A DNA stretch of 64,000 bases from Vicinamibacteria bacterium (GTDB taxonomy: Bacteria > Acidobacteriota > Vicinamibacteria > Marinacidobacterales > Marinacidobacteraceae): contig OY821641.1 in NCBI GenBank assembly GCA_963555995.3, positions 3,168,001 to 3,232,000 on the forward strand, in the 5' to 3' direction. Position numbers and translations under genes: made by a program. The notes beneath the pieces are model-generated. The model was not told the DNA's origin. It saw only the letters and a list, made by a program, of their open reading frames with translations, and made no database searches. This document shows, piece after piece, positions 37,073 through 45,516 of the stretch (the first letter of the stretch is position 1; the number at the start of each line of letters is the position of its first letter).

Positions 37073-37810
37073 GTGTTGGATCTCCTTCTAGGCCGCCGGG
37101 TCACGGGACTCCTCACAGTCGCACTCACTCTATGTGGTTTTCTTCTTCCGGATGAAATCCGAAAGTGGGCGATTGGAAGCGTCGGACTGGCTATTCTTGT
37201 GCAGACAGTTATCGGTGGCATTCGCGAACGGAGTGGAGTCGGGCGTCTTGGACAGCACTATGGTTTCGTCCACAACAAAATGTTGGAGTTGTTGTCTCAC
37301 CTAGGCGAGCTCACAGGCAACGATTATTCGATCTGGCGTATGGACCTCTATTTGGCCAGGAGACACTTGGGACTCTCATCGGCTAAACCGTTCGTCATAC
37401 GCAATGTGCTACATCCTGTAATACCGCTTGCCCTAAAGCACTTGCGAGTTTCGCCACAAACCATTCCATCCCACCATCCACTCTTTGGCAATTGCTTTCG
37501 AAACAAAGTGCAGCGCCTCTGGTGGAACGAGGACCTAGCTTCGTTTCCGGACAGTGAAGCACACAGCAAGAACAGTTGGTACGACCTGTCGCGTAGCGAG
37601 AATGAAGCTCTTCGGGTGGAGTTCGGAGCTATGAGTCTAAACCCAATCGCAAAGGGTGGCAGCGAACGCTGCCTTGGCGTTCTCGTGGTTCATACAATCG
37701 GTGATTCTGAGGCGGTTACGACGGTATTGGGAGCGTTACTTCAGGAAAAGGCGGACCGACGCCTACGGCAAATCTGTATTGACATCTACGACGGACTTCA
37801 GGGTGGATAA
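37073..37810 (+). CDS. Hypothetical protein with two N-terminal TM helices and a possible GAF-like domain
   Basis: Hydrophobic LLTVALTLCGFLL and WAIGSVGLAILVQTVIGGI; LFGNCF...MSLNPI...CLGVLVVH followed by a terminal helix. Confidence 0.65.
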   Translation: MLDLLLGRRVTGLLTVALTLCGFLLPDEIRKWAIGSVGLAILVQTVIGGIRERSGVGRLGQHYGFVHNKMLELLSHLGELTGNDYSIWRMDLYLARRHLGLSSAKPFVIRNVLHPVIPLALKHLRVSPQTIPSHHPLFGNCFRNKVQRLWWNEDLASFPDSEAHSKNSWYDLSRSENEALRVEFGAMSLNPIAKGGSERCLGVLVVHTIGDSEAVTTVLGALLQEKADRRLRQICIDIYDGLQGG

Positions 37811-37838
37811 TCAAAGGGCATCAAGGCACAATAGCAAC

Positions 37839-39269
37839 ATGAACGTAATGGAACGCATTAGACCGGGAACCGTCTACTTTGGGGATTGTTTGGAGGTGAT
37901 GACGTCTTGGATTCAGAACCAAGTAGATTTGATCTACTTGGATCCACCATTCAATTCCAAAAAGAACTACAACATTCTGTTTGGTACGGAAACGAACGGA
38001 AAGTCAAGCCAGTTCCTGGCATTCGAAGATACTTGGCAGTGGGACAGGCCCGCGCAGCGTCGTTTGGATCAATTCCGCGGAGCTGTTGCACACCCCGCGA
38101 GCGCGGCGGTTTTGGGCCTGCACTCCGTACTCGGTGATTCGGGGATGATGTCGTATTTGTCCTATATGGCAGAACGCCTGTATCACGCACATCGTGTATT
38201 GAAAGCTACCGGGAGCATCTATCTGCATTGCGACCCCAATGCGTCTCACTACCTCAAGGTCATTATGGATCAGATTTGCGGTGCCGAGAATTTTCAGAAT
38301 GAATTCATTTGGTACTATGGCGGTGGGGGTGCGTCCAAGAAGCGGTGGGCGCGTAAGCATGATGTCCTACTGTTCTATACGAAATCATCCGAGTGGACGT
38401 TTAACGCAGACGCGGTGAGGTCAAAGCACAAGTGGGATCGCGGACAGAAACGCGCGGATGGATCTGAGAGGAGTTTGGACAAGGGGAAGCTTCCCGATGA
38501 CGTGTTCCAGCACCATAGCCTTATGCCCTGGTCGAAAGAGCGACTTGGGTATCCAACTCAGAAGCCCTTGGCTCTCCTAGAGCGAATCGTTGCCGCGAGC
38601 AGTAAGGAGGGGGATCTGATTCTCGATCCGTTTTGCGGATGTGGAACGGCCGTGGTAGCCGCTCACCAACTCGGGAGGCGGTGGGCTGGCATTGATATAT
38701 CACCGTTCGCTGTGGAACACGTAATCAAAGTGAGGCTCAACAAATTGCGAGTGAGAGCAAAGACAGATGGCATTCCATTTGACATGGCATCGGCCAGAGC
38801 ACTTGCAAAGGCAGACCCGTTCAGATTCGAAGCGTGGGCAGTCAATCAGATTCCCGGTATGGCACCCAACACGAAACAGACCGGTGATGAAGGCATAGAC
38901 GGACGAGGCACACTGTTGAGTGAGGCGGATGAAACAGACCATAGAATCGTCTTGGCACAAGTAAAGGGCGGTAGCGGAGGACCCTCTGCGGACGCGGTTC
39001 GCGCGTTTTGCCAAGTGGTCAGCAACCCAAAGAACGCCGCGGTGGCAGGCATTTTCATTACATTGGAACGTCGGTGGTCGAGCAAAATGCTTGCGGAATT
39101 TGAACGGTTCGGCCAGTTTCGACTCAAGGGCGGGGCCGAGTATTTCCCGCGCCTTCAGTTCTGGTCCATAGAGGACCACTTTGATGGAAAACGGCCAGTG
39201 CTTCCGTCGCTAACGGACCCTGTTACCGGTAGAGAAATGAGCCACCCGCTGTGGATTGATCGACGCTAG
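37839..39269 (+). CDS. Beta-class N6/N4 DNA methyltransferase fused to an Mrr-like nuclease domain
   Basis: YLDPPF, YPTQKP, LDPFCGCGT; C-terminal FEAWAV...GDEGIDG...AQVKGG. Confidence 0.88.
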   Translation: MNVMERIRPGTVYFGDCLEVMTSWIQNQVDLIYLDPPFNSKKNYNILFGTETNGKSSQFLAFEDTWQWDRPAQRRLDQFRGAVAHPASAAVLGLHSVLGDSGMMSYLSYMAERLYHAHRVLKATGSIYLHCDPNASHYLKVIMDQICGAENFQNEFIWYYGGGGASKKRWARKHDVLLFYTKSSEWTFNADAVRSKHKWDRGQKRADGSERSLDKGKLPDDVFQHHSLMPWSKERLGYPTQKPLALLERIVAASSKEGDLILDPFCGCGTAVVAAHQLGRRWAGIDISPFAVEHVIKVRLNKLRVRAKTDGIPFDMASARALAKADPFRFEAWAVNQIPGMAPNTKQTGDEGIDGRGTLLSEADETDHRIVLAQVKGGSGGPSADAVRAFCQVVSNPKNAAVAGIFITLERRWSSKMLAEFERFGQFRLKGGAEYFPRLQFWSIEDHFDGKRPVLPSLTDPVTGREMSHPLWIDRR

Positions 39270-39485
39270 TGCGGGAACACGGTGTTCCTCTGGGACGATT
39301 GATGACGACCGTTGTGTCGGGGACGATGCGTGCGGAAGCGTCCGGCCATGTCCCCTTTTGAAAATGGCTAGTCCGAAGTGGTACCGGACGCCATGCAGAA
39401 GCGTCGTCATCACTCTTTCCGTTCGTACCGTGTAGGGGGGCAAGACGTCAAATTCCAGGCGGATGAGTCTCGGGAGGAATCTCCT

Positions 39486-40607
39486 TTATCGGACCCAGCC
39501 CCGCGCGAACAGCGCGGACAGTTTCAAGCCTTTGTCGGATGTGCCGCCGTTGAGCACCTTCGCGATACGGTCCGCCCGAGTCGCACCGGAGCTTTCCCGC
39601 CGCAGGGGCCGCCCCTTGTCGCCGCCGAGGTAATCCACGATCTCCGGGTGATCGGAACAAATCACGGCCTGGGATAGGGACTCGCCGCAGAGATCCGACA
39701 ACTCCTGCAGCCACGGCTGGACTTCCCGCAACGCCACGAAGTTCATCGGTGTGTCCAAGAAGAGCGTGTGCCGCTGCTCCACCGCGAGACAGATCAAGGC
39801 ATACAGAACGACCAGCGTCCGCTGTCCGTCCGACACCTCCCCAAAGCGCAGCGCGTACTCCTCGTCCGCCTCGTGGAACACCATCATGAGCGCACGGGTA
39901 TCCATCCCGGCCCTCTGCAACCGAATGCCGCGGAAGCCGTGGAGGACATTCTGCATGGTCTTCGTGTATTCGGCGATGAGATCGGGACGCTCCTGCGCCA
40001 GGTTTCGATACCATCCGACGAAGTTTCTTCCGTCTCTTTCCAGAAGGTCGTCCTCGGTCGCGGACTCCGAAGCGAAGACTCCGGGCTGCAGGCCGCACAC
40101 GATGATGCTTTGCACGAAATCCTGGAAGCGGGACAGGTTCCTGTTGTCCCGGCCGGAAGTGACGCGCGCCAGCGAGGACACCTCCCAATCGGCGGGAAAC
40201 GAGTGTCCCTTGGTGAGATCGTCGCCGTATAGCTGCACCTGCCCGTCCACGAACTCGAACAGCGTGTCTCCGTTCATGGTGAGGTGTTCCCGCTGGATTC
40301 CGGCGATCCGCTTCTCCCGGGAATGCTTCACTTCGAGGCGATAGGAGTACGCGCTCCCTTCAAGCTCGACGTCCAACTCGAAGGTCTGGACATCTCGCGA
40401 CTGCCAGCGGGTGCGGGTTGACGGTGGAAACGCGGCCCTCCCCTTCACGGCGGTCCGGCCGCCCAGCAACTCGCGCAGCGCGAAGACGATGTCCAGGACG
40501 CTGGATTTCCCCGCTCCGTTCATGCCGAGCAGCAGGGACAACGCGTCGAGGTGCAGTTCGAACTTGACGAAACACCGGTAGTTGTCCGCGTAGAGCCGGG
40601 TGATCAT
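39486..40607 (-). CDS. ABC-type (AAA_21/AbiEii-associated) ATPase
   Basis: MITRLYADNYRCF, Walker A GMNGAGKS, signature VSDGQ, atypical Walker B LFLDTPMN. Confidence 0.85.
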   Translation of the reverse strand: MITRLYADNYRCFVKFELHLDALSLLLGMNGAGKSSVLDIVFALRELLGGRTAVKGRAAFPPSTRTRWQSRDVQTFELDVELEGSAYSYRLEVKHSREKRIAGIQREHLTMNGDTLFEFVDGQVQLYGDDLTKGHSFPADWEVSSLARVTSGRDNRNLSRFQDFVQSIIVCGLQPGVFASESATEDDLLERDGRNFVGWYRNLAQERPDLIAEYTKTMQNVLHGFRGIRLQRAGMDTRALMMVFHEADEEYALRFGEVSDGQRTLVVLYALICLAVEQRHTLFLDTPMNFVALREVQPWLQELSDLCGESLSQAVICSDHPEIVDYLGGDKGRPLRRESSGATRADRIAKVLNGGTSDKGLKLSALFARGWVR

Positions 40608-40990
40608 GGTGTCCGGTCGGGCGCGCTGGCGGCCTCCTGCCGTCAATACTACCCGGCGGTCGAGGGGGTTCCCGGCCTCCATCCGTCCCGGGGTATGGCG
40701 CGTTGTTGGTTCCTGACAGTGGCTACCCGTGGGCGAGTGACGGAGTGCGTTTCGTCTAGCGACGAACCGCCCGCGGCCCTGCGGGCCGCTGTGCCGGCTG
40801 AAGCCGGCGTTCCAAACCGGCGGCGTCCTCATCGCCGTTGACGCACCCGCGCGAGCAGCACTTACACAGCTAACTGACCCGTTTCGCGGCCGGAGGCCGG
40901 CGCTCCGAGCCGCTACGCCACCGGGCAAAGCAGCCATACGCGATTCCGCCCGCCGTCGGCGGGCTGTGCCGGTCTGGAGACCGGCGGTCC

Positions 40991-41989
40991 CTAGCCGGTG
41001 GCGCCGTGGAGGCGGTGGAGGAAATCGGGCACGCTGTCCGCGCTCATGGCGGCGGCCGCGATCGCGCCCGGTGACACCCGCTCGAGCATCGTTCGGTCGG
41101 CGGGGGGGAGGTCCGCCGGAAAGGCGGGGGAGACGGTGAGGCCGCGGAGACGCAGGACCTCGCGCGCGGTCTCCGCCCGCCCCTCGGCGCGCTGCTCCCG
41201 CAGGAGCGGATCGTCCTCCGGGCCGGTTCCCCCCCGGAGCCCGAGAGCTCGGCCCACGCGCGATGCCAGCGCCGTCGTCTCGGGTGACGGCGTCCGCTCG
41301 TTCAGAACTCCGTGCGCCTCCTCCGCCGTGAGGCCCGGAAACGCCTGGCTCTGCCCGCTTTCCCGATACGCCCCTGCCTCCAGCAGGTAGATCGTCAACC
41401 CCGGCCGCCGGCCCCGGGGACGGCTCGGCGAATACACGTCCGGAACCTCCACCCACAACTCCGGAAAACCCCAGTCCGCGTACACCAGCAGTTTGTTCCG
41501 TCGCACGTCCGTCGTGTCGTCCACTTCCAGCACTACGTCCGGGTGCTCTTGCGGCGCTCCCCAGACGTAGCTCGATCCGATCCGGTCCTGCCGCTGCGGA
41601 TCCAGGAACACCATCTCGTCCGGGTGCATCGCCCGCACCTGCGCCCGATCCGCGTCCAACAGATCCAATCCTGCTTCGCCCCCCATCATGATCGGAGCGC
41701 CCCGTACCATCGCGACCCGCTCCACGAACTTGCGGAACATGGTCAGCGGGTGCTCATGCGGAGCCTTCGCCGGCTCCGCCACCCGCCAGGCCCGCGCCAC
41801 TTCGGCATCGAACAGTTCGACCCGCGCGTCCTCGTCGAGCGCCCGATACTCGGCGACGGTCATGCGGCACGACTCGCAGCCGATGAACTCCAGCGCCGAC
41901 GCCGGCAGCCAGCGCCGCGACCGCGTGGGCTCCGCCGCCGGGCGGGTCGCTGCCGCCGTTTCCGCCGCTACCCCCGCCCCGTTCGCCAT
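40991..41989 (-). CDS. Uma2/DUF820-like protein
   Basis: HEHP, HPDEMVF, PDVVLEVDDTTDVRRNKL..Y..WGFPELWV, EDDPLLREQRAEGRAE. Confidence 0.78.
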   Translation of the reverse strand: MANGAGVAAETAAATRPAAEPTRSRRWLPASALEFIGCESCRMTVAEYRALDEDARVELFDAEVARAWRVAEPAKAPHEHPLTMFRKFVERVAMVRGAPIMMGGEAGLDLLDADRAQVRAMHPDEMVFLDPQRQDRIGSSYVWGAPQEHPDVVLEVDDTTDVRRNKLLVYADWGFPELWVEVPDVYSPSRPRGRRPGLTIYLLEAGAYRESGQSQAFPGLTAEEAHGVLNERTPSPETTALASRVGRALGLRGGTGPEDDPLLREQRAEGRAETAREVLRLRGLTVSPAFPADLPPADRTMLERVSPGAIAAAAMSADSVPDFLHRLHGATG

Positions 41990-42060
41990 CGGCGGAGTCT
42001 AGCCCTGCGCCGCGGCCTCGCGGTCGGCGGGAAATCGCTGCCCGCGGAAGCCGGCGGTGC

Positions 42061-42408
42061 TCAGCGAGACAACGGCCCGGCGCCGGAGCCAGCGGAACCG
42101 GCCGATCCGGCGTCCGAGGGCGCGGAAGCGGGAGGCTCCGCAACCGCGTCCGCCTGAATCCGCAGGATGCCCTCGATGCGGGCTACCCGGCGATCGAGGT
42201 CGTCGAATCGCTCCTCCATACGCGCCTCAAACCGATCCATGCGCGCCTCAAGGCGATCCATCCGCGCTTCCAGCCGCAGGAACGCAAACGCCCCGATCCC
42301 GAGGATCAGCGTCGTTTGCGCCGCCATCAGCGAGACCAGCAGCGCCCAGTCCCTTCGTTTCATCATCCCTCCCGGCGGCTCCGACGGCCGCGACTCTTTC
42401 AGGTTCAT
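42061..42408 (-). CDS. Small single-TM coiled-coil protein
   Basis: TM WALLVSLMAAQTTLILGIGAFAF followed by heptad repeats RLEARMD-RLEARMD-RFEARME. Confidence 0.72.
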   Translation of the reverse strand: MNLKESRPSEPPGGMMKRRDWALLVSLMAAQTTLILGIGAFAFLRLEARMDRLEARMDRFEARMEERFDDLDRRVARIEGILRIQADAVAEPPASAPSDAGSAGSAGSGAGPLSR

Positions 42409-42572
42409 GAGATTGCCAAGCTCAAGGTTTCCCCGGTCAAGATCGCGGTCGGAACCTCCCGACCCACACCCGCAGTGTAGCGCCCGACCGGGCGGCTCGT
42501 GACTCCCGGCGCCACGCGAACATCTCGCCCGGTTTCAGGCGGTTCTCAGAGGTGCTTTCGTTCAGCGCCGCC

Positions 42573-42738
42573 GGCTTGGAGCGCCGGCTTCAGCCGGCAC
42601 CCGCTGCGCGGAGCGCAGCGGACTGCACGTCGCTGTCCCGCGCGATGGCGTTCGTCTCTCGCTCCATCACGGCGAACGGTGGCGCGACATCCGCGGGCCT
42701 TCGGTCCGCTGTGCCGGCTGAAGCCGGCGCTCCAAGCC
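42573..42738. repeat. REPIN-like inverted REP doublet
   Basis: GGCTTGGAGCGCCGGCTTCAGCCGGCAC at one end and its reverse complement at the other; the spacer is homologous (inverted) to 60090-60243. Confidence 0.88.
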
Positions 42739-42835
42739 GGCGGTGCTACATGGCCGAACAGCTTGCGCGCTCTGCCGTTTTCCGGGCGGCGATGGGCCGG
42801 AGCGGCGATAATTCGGCGTTCCGGTTTCCGTCCCG

Positions 42836-43420
42836 ATGAGTTACCTCGACCTGCGATCCGATCTCTTCCGGCGTGCCTTTGGCGGCGCGGTCCCCTACCG
42901 CGACTACCTCGCGACGGGGAACGACCGGGAACGGGGCGCGTGGGCGCGGGCGGAAGCGGTGCTGCCGGGGCTGCCTGACGACGCGCGGGTCCGGCTCGAC
43001 GCCGCCGGGCGGATCGTGAACGTGCTGTGCCTGAGCGGGATCTGGTGCGGGGACTGCGTGCGATCGGTCCCGATCGTGGCGCGGGTGGCGGAGGCGGCGG
43101 GGTCGTCCGTGGACCTTCGTTTCGTGGACCGGGACGCGATCCCGGAGCTGCGGGACGAACTGCGCGTGCTGGGGGCGATGCGGGTGCCGATGGTGGTCTT
43201 CCTGACCGAGGACTTCCACGAGATCGGGCGCCATGGGGACCGGCCGCTGACGGTGTACCGGGAGAAGGCGGCGACGGAGCTGGGGGCGGCCTGTCCGCTG
43301 CCGGGGTCGGCGGACGGGGGGTTGCTGGCCGCGGAGACGGCCGAGTGGCTGGACGTGTTCGAGCGGATGATCCTGATGGCGCGGCTGGCGCCGCCGCTGC
43401 GGGCGCGGCACGGGGACTGA
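42836..43420 (+). CDS. Thioredoxin-family protein
   Basis: WCGDC motif, RFVDRD, RVPMVVF. Confidence 0.88.
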   Translation: MSYLDLRSDLFRRAFGGAVPYRDYLATGNDRERGAWARAEAVLPGLPDDARVRLDAAGRIVNVLCLSGIWCGDCVRSVPIVARVAEAAGSSVDLRFVDRDAIPELRDELRVLGAMRVPMVVFLTEDFHEIGRHGDRPLTVYREKAATELGAACPLPGSADGGLLAAETAEWLDVFERMILMARLAPPLRARHGD

Positions 43421-43568
43421 CGGGGTAGCGTTCCCGTCGTGCGGCGATTTGACGGCGTGAGGTTCGCTGCGCTGCGCGCAGCGGTGCCGACCGGAGGTCG
43501 GCGTTTCAGGCCGGTGCGTCCTCCTTCACACGCTGCGTTACGCCGTGCGCGGTGCGGAGCACCGCGCG

Positions 43569-43710
43569 TGCCGGTCTGGAGACCGGCGTTCCAAGCCGGT
43601 GCGACATCACGGAGCGGGGGGTGTGTGCCGCCGCCCGCCTTTGGCGGGCTGTGCCGGTCTGAAGACCGGCGCTCCCGGCTACCCGGCCGGTCTGAAGACC
43701 GGCGGTCCCT
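43569..43710. repeat. Cluster of three REP copies
   Basis: GCCGGTCTG(G/A)AGACCGGCG at ~43570, 43653 and 43685. Confidence 0.85.
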
Positions 43711-43716
43711 GAACTG

Positions 43717-45516
43717 ATGGTGGATATGTGGCGGCGGGTGCTGCCTTACCTCCGGCGCTACAAGGGGCGGCTTGCGTTCGGGTTTGCGGCGTTGGTGTTG
43801 TGCCGGATGTTCTACCTGGTGGTGCCGCAGGTGCTGGAGCGGGCGGTGGATGCGCTGGAGGGGGGGGCGACGGATGCGATGTGGACCTATGGGGGGTTCA
43901 TCGTGGCGGCGGCCGGGGGGTCGGCGGTCTTCCGCTACTTCATGCGGTGGTACCTGATCGGGGTCTCGCGGTACGCGGAGTACGACCTGCGGCGGGACTT
44001 CTATCGGCACCTGCAGCGGCTGCCGGCGGCGTTCTACGCGCGCTTCCGGGTGGGGGACATCCTGTCGCGCGGCGCGCAGGACATGAACGCGGTGCGGATG
44101 GTGCTCGGTCCGGGGCTCATGTACCCGGTGGAGACGGTGTTCACCACGGTCGGCTGTTTCGGGTTCATGCTGGCGATCAGCCCGCGGCTGACCCTGGTGG
44201 CGCTGGCGGTGATGCCGGTGGTCTCCATCCTGATGAAGATCCTCGGCGAGAAGATCTTCCGGCGCTCCGAGGTGGTGCAGGCCAAGATGGCCGACATCTC
44301 CGCGGTGGTCCAGGAGAACGCCGCCGCCGCGCGGCTCGTCCGCGCCTACGTCCAGGAGGACGCGCAGCGCCGGGTGTTCGGGAAGGAGAACGAGGCCTAC
44401 GCGGCGCGCAGCATGGAACTGGTCGCGGTGAGCGCGGCGCTCTTCCCGCTGCTGCTGGCGCTGATCGGGATGGGGCTCGCGGGGTCGCTGGTGCTCGGCG
44501 GGCGGATGGTGATCGGCGGGGCGATCTCGCTCGGGGAACTGGTGGCCTTCCTCTTCTACTACGGCTACCTGACCTGGCCGATGATCGCCATCGGGTGGGT
44601 GGTGAACATCCACCAGCGCGGGGCCGCCTCCATGAAGCGGCTGGCGGTGATCTTCGACGCCGAGCCGCTCCCCGCCCCGCCGGCCCTCCCGGAGCCGGCC
44701 GCCGCGGACCGTCCCGCCGCCGGCATCGAGTTCCGGGACGTCCGCTTCGCCTACCCCTCCGCCGCCCAGAACGGCGCCGCCGGCTCCAACGGGGCGGAAC
44801 CGCGGCCGGTGCTTTCGGACTTCAACCTCCGCATCGAGCCGGGCCAGACGGTGGCGTTCGTCGGCCGGACCGGCAGCGGGAAGAGCACGGTGGCCCGCCT
44901 CATCCCGCGCATCTACGACGCCCAGGAGGGCTCCATCCGGATTGACGGGCGCGACGTCCGGGAGATCCCGCTGCACGAGCTGCGGAGCGACATCGGGTTC
45001 GTTCCCCAGGACAGCTTCCTGTTCTCCATGACACTTCGTGACAACCTCGCCTTCGGCGACGACGACGCGCCCCCGGAGGAGGTCCACCGGGTGGCGGCGG
45101 AAGCGGGGCTCGCCGGCGACATCGAGGAGTTCCCGGGCGGCTACGACACCATGGTCGGGGAACGCGGGATCACCCTCTCCGGCGGCCAGCGGCAGCGCGC
45201 CGCGATCGCCCGCGCCCTGCTCATGGACAGCCGGATCCTGGTGTTCGACGACGTCCTGAGCGCGGTGGACTCGGAGACCGAGTCGCGGATCCTGGGGGCG
45301 GTGCGCCGGGCGTCGCGCGACCGCACCACCGTCCTCGTCGCCCACCGGCTCAGCACGGTGAAGGACGCGGACGTCATCTACCTGCTCGACGCCGACGAGG
45401 CGGGCGCCACCCGGGTCGTCGAGAGCGGCGCGCACGACGACCTGGTCGCCGCCGGCGGGCTCTACGCCGGCATGTACCGGCGGCAGATGCTCGAAGAGGA
45501 GCTCTCGCGGCTGTGA
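43717..45516 (+). CDS. ABC exporter half (TMD+NBD), MdlA/YheI-like
   Basis: GRTGSGKS, LSGGQRQR, degenerate Walker B FDDVLSAVD. Confidence 0.93.
   Translation: MVDMWRRVLPYLRRYKGRLAFGFAALVLCRMFYLVVPQVLERAVDALEGGATDAMWTYGGFIVAAAGGSAVFRYFMRWYLIGVSRYAEYDLRRDFYRHLQRLPAAFYARFRVGDILSRGAQDMNAVRMVLGPGLMYPVETVFTTVGCFGFMLAISPRLTLVALAVMPVVSILMKILGEKIFRRSEVVQAKMADISAVVQENAAAARLVRAYVQEDAQRRVFGKENEAYAARSMELVAVSAALFPLLLALIGMGLAGSLVLGGRMVIGGAISLGELVAFLFYYGYLTWPMIAIGWVVNIHQRGAASMKRLAVIFDAEPLPAPPALPEPAAADRPAAGIEFRDVRFAYPSAAQNGAAGSNGAEPRPVLSDFNLRIEPGQTVAFVGRTGSGKSTVARLIPRIYDAQEGSIRIDGRDVREIPLHELRSDIGFVPQDSFLFSMTLRDNLAFGDDDAPPEEVHRVAAEAGLAGDIEEFPGGYDTMVGERGITLSGGQRQRAAIARALLMDSRILVFDDVLSAVDSETESRILGAVRRASRDRTTVLVAHRLSTVKDADVIYLLDADEAGATRVVESGAHDDLVAAGGLYAGMYRRQMLEEELSRL

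Noticed and set aside
43717-45516. Inactivated ABC ATPase (DD in Walker B)
   Set aside because: A degenerate site is normal in heterodimeric exporters
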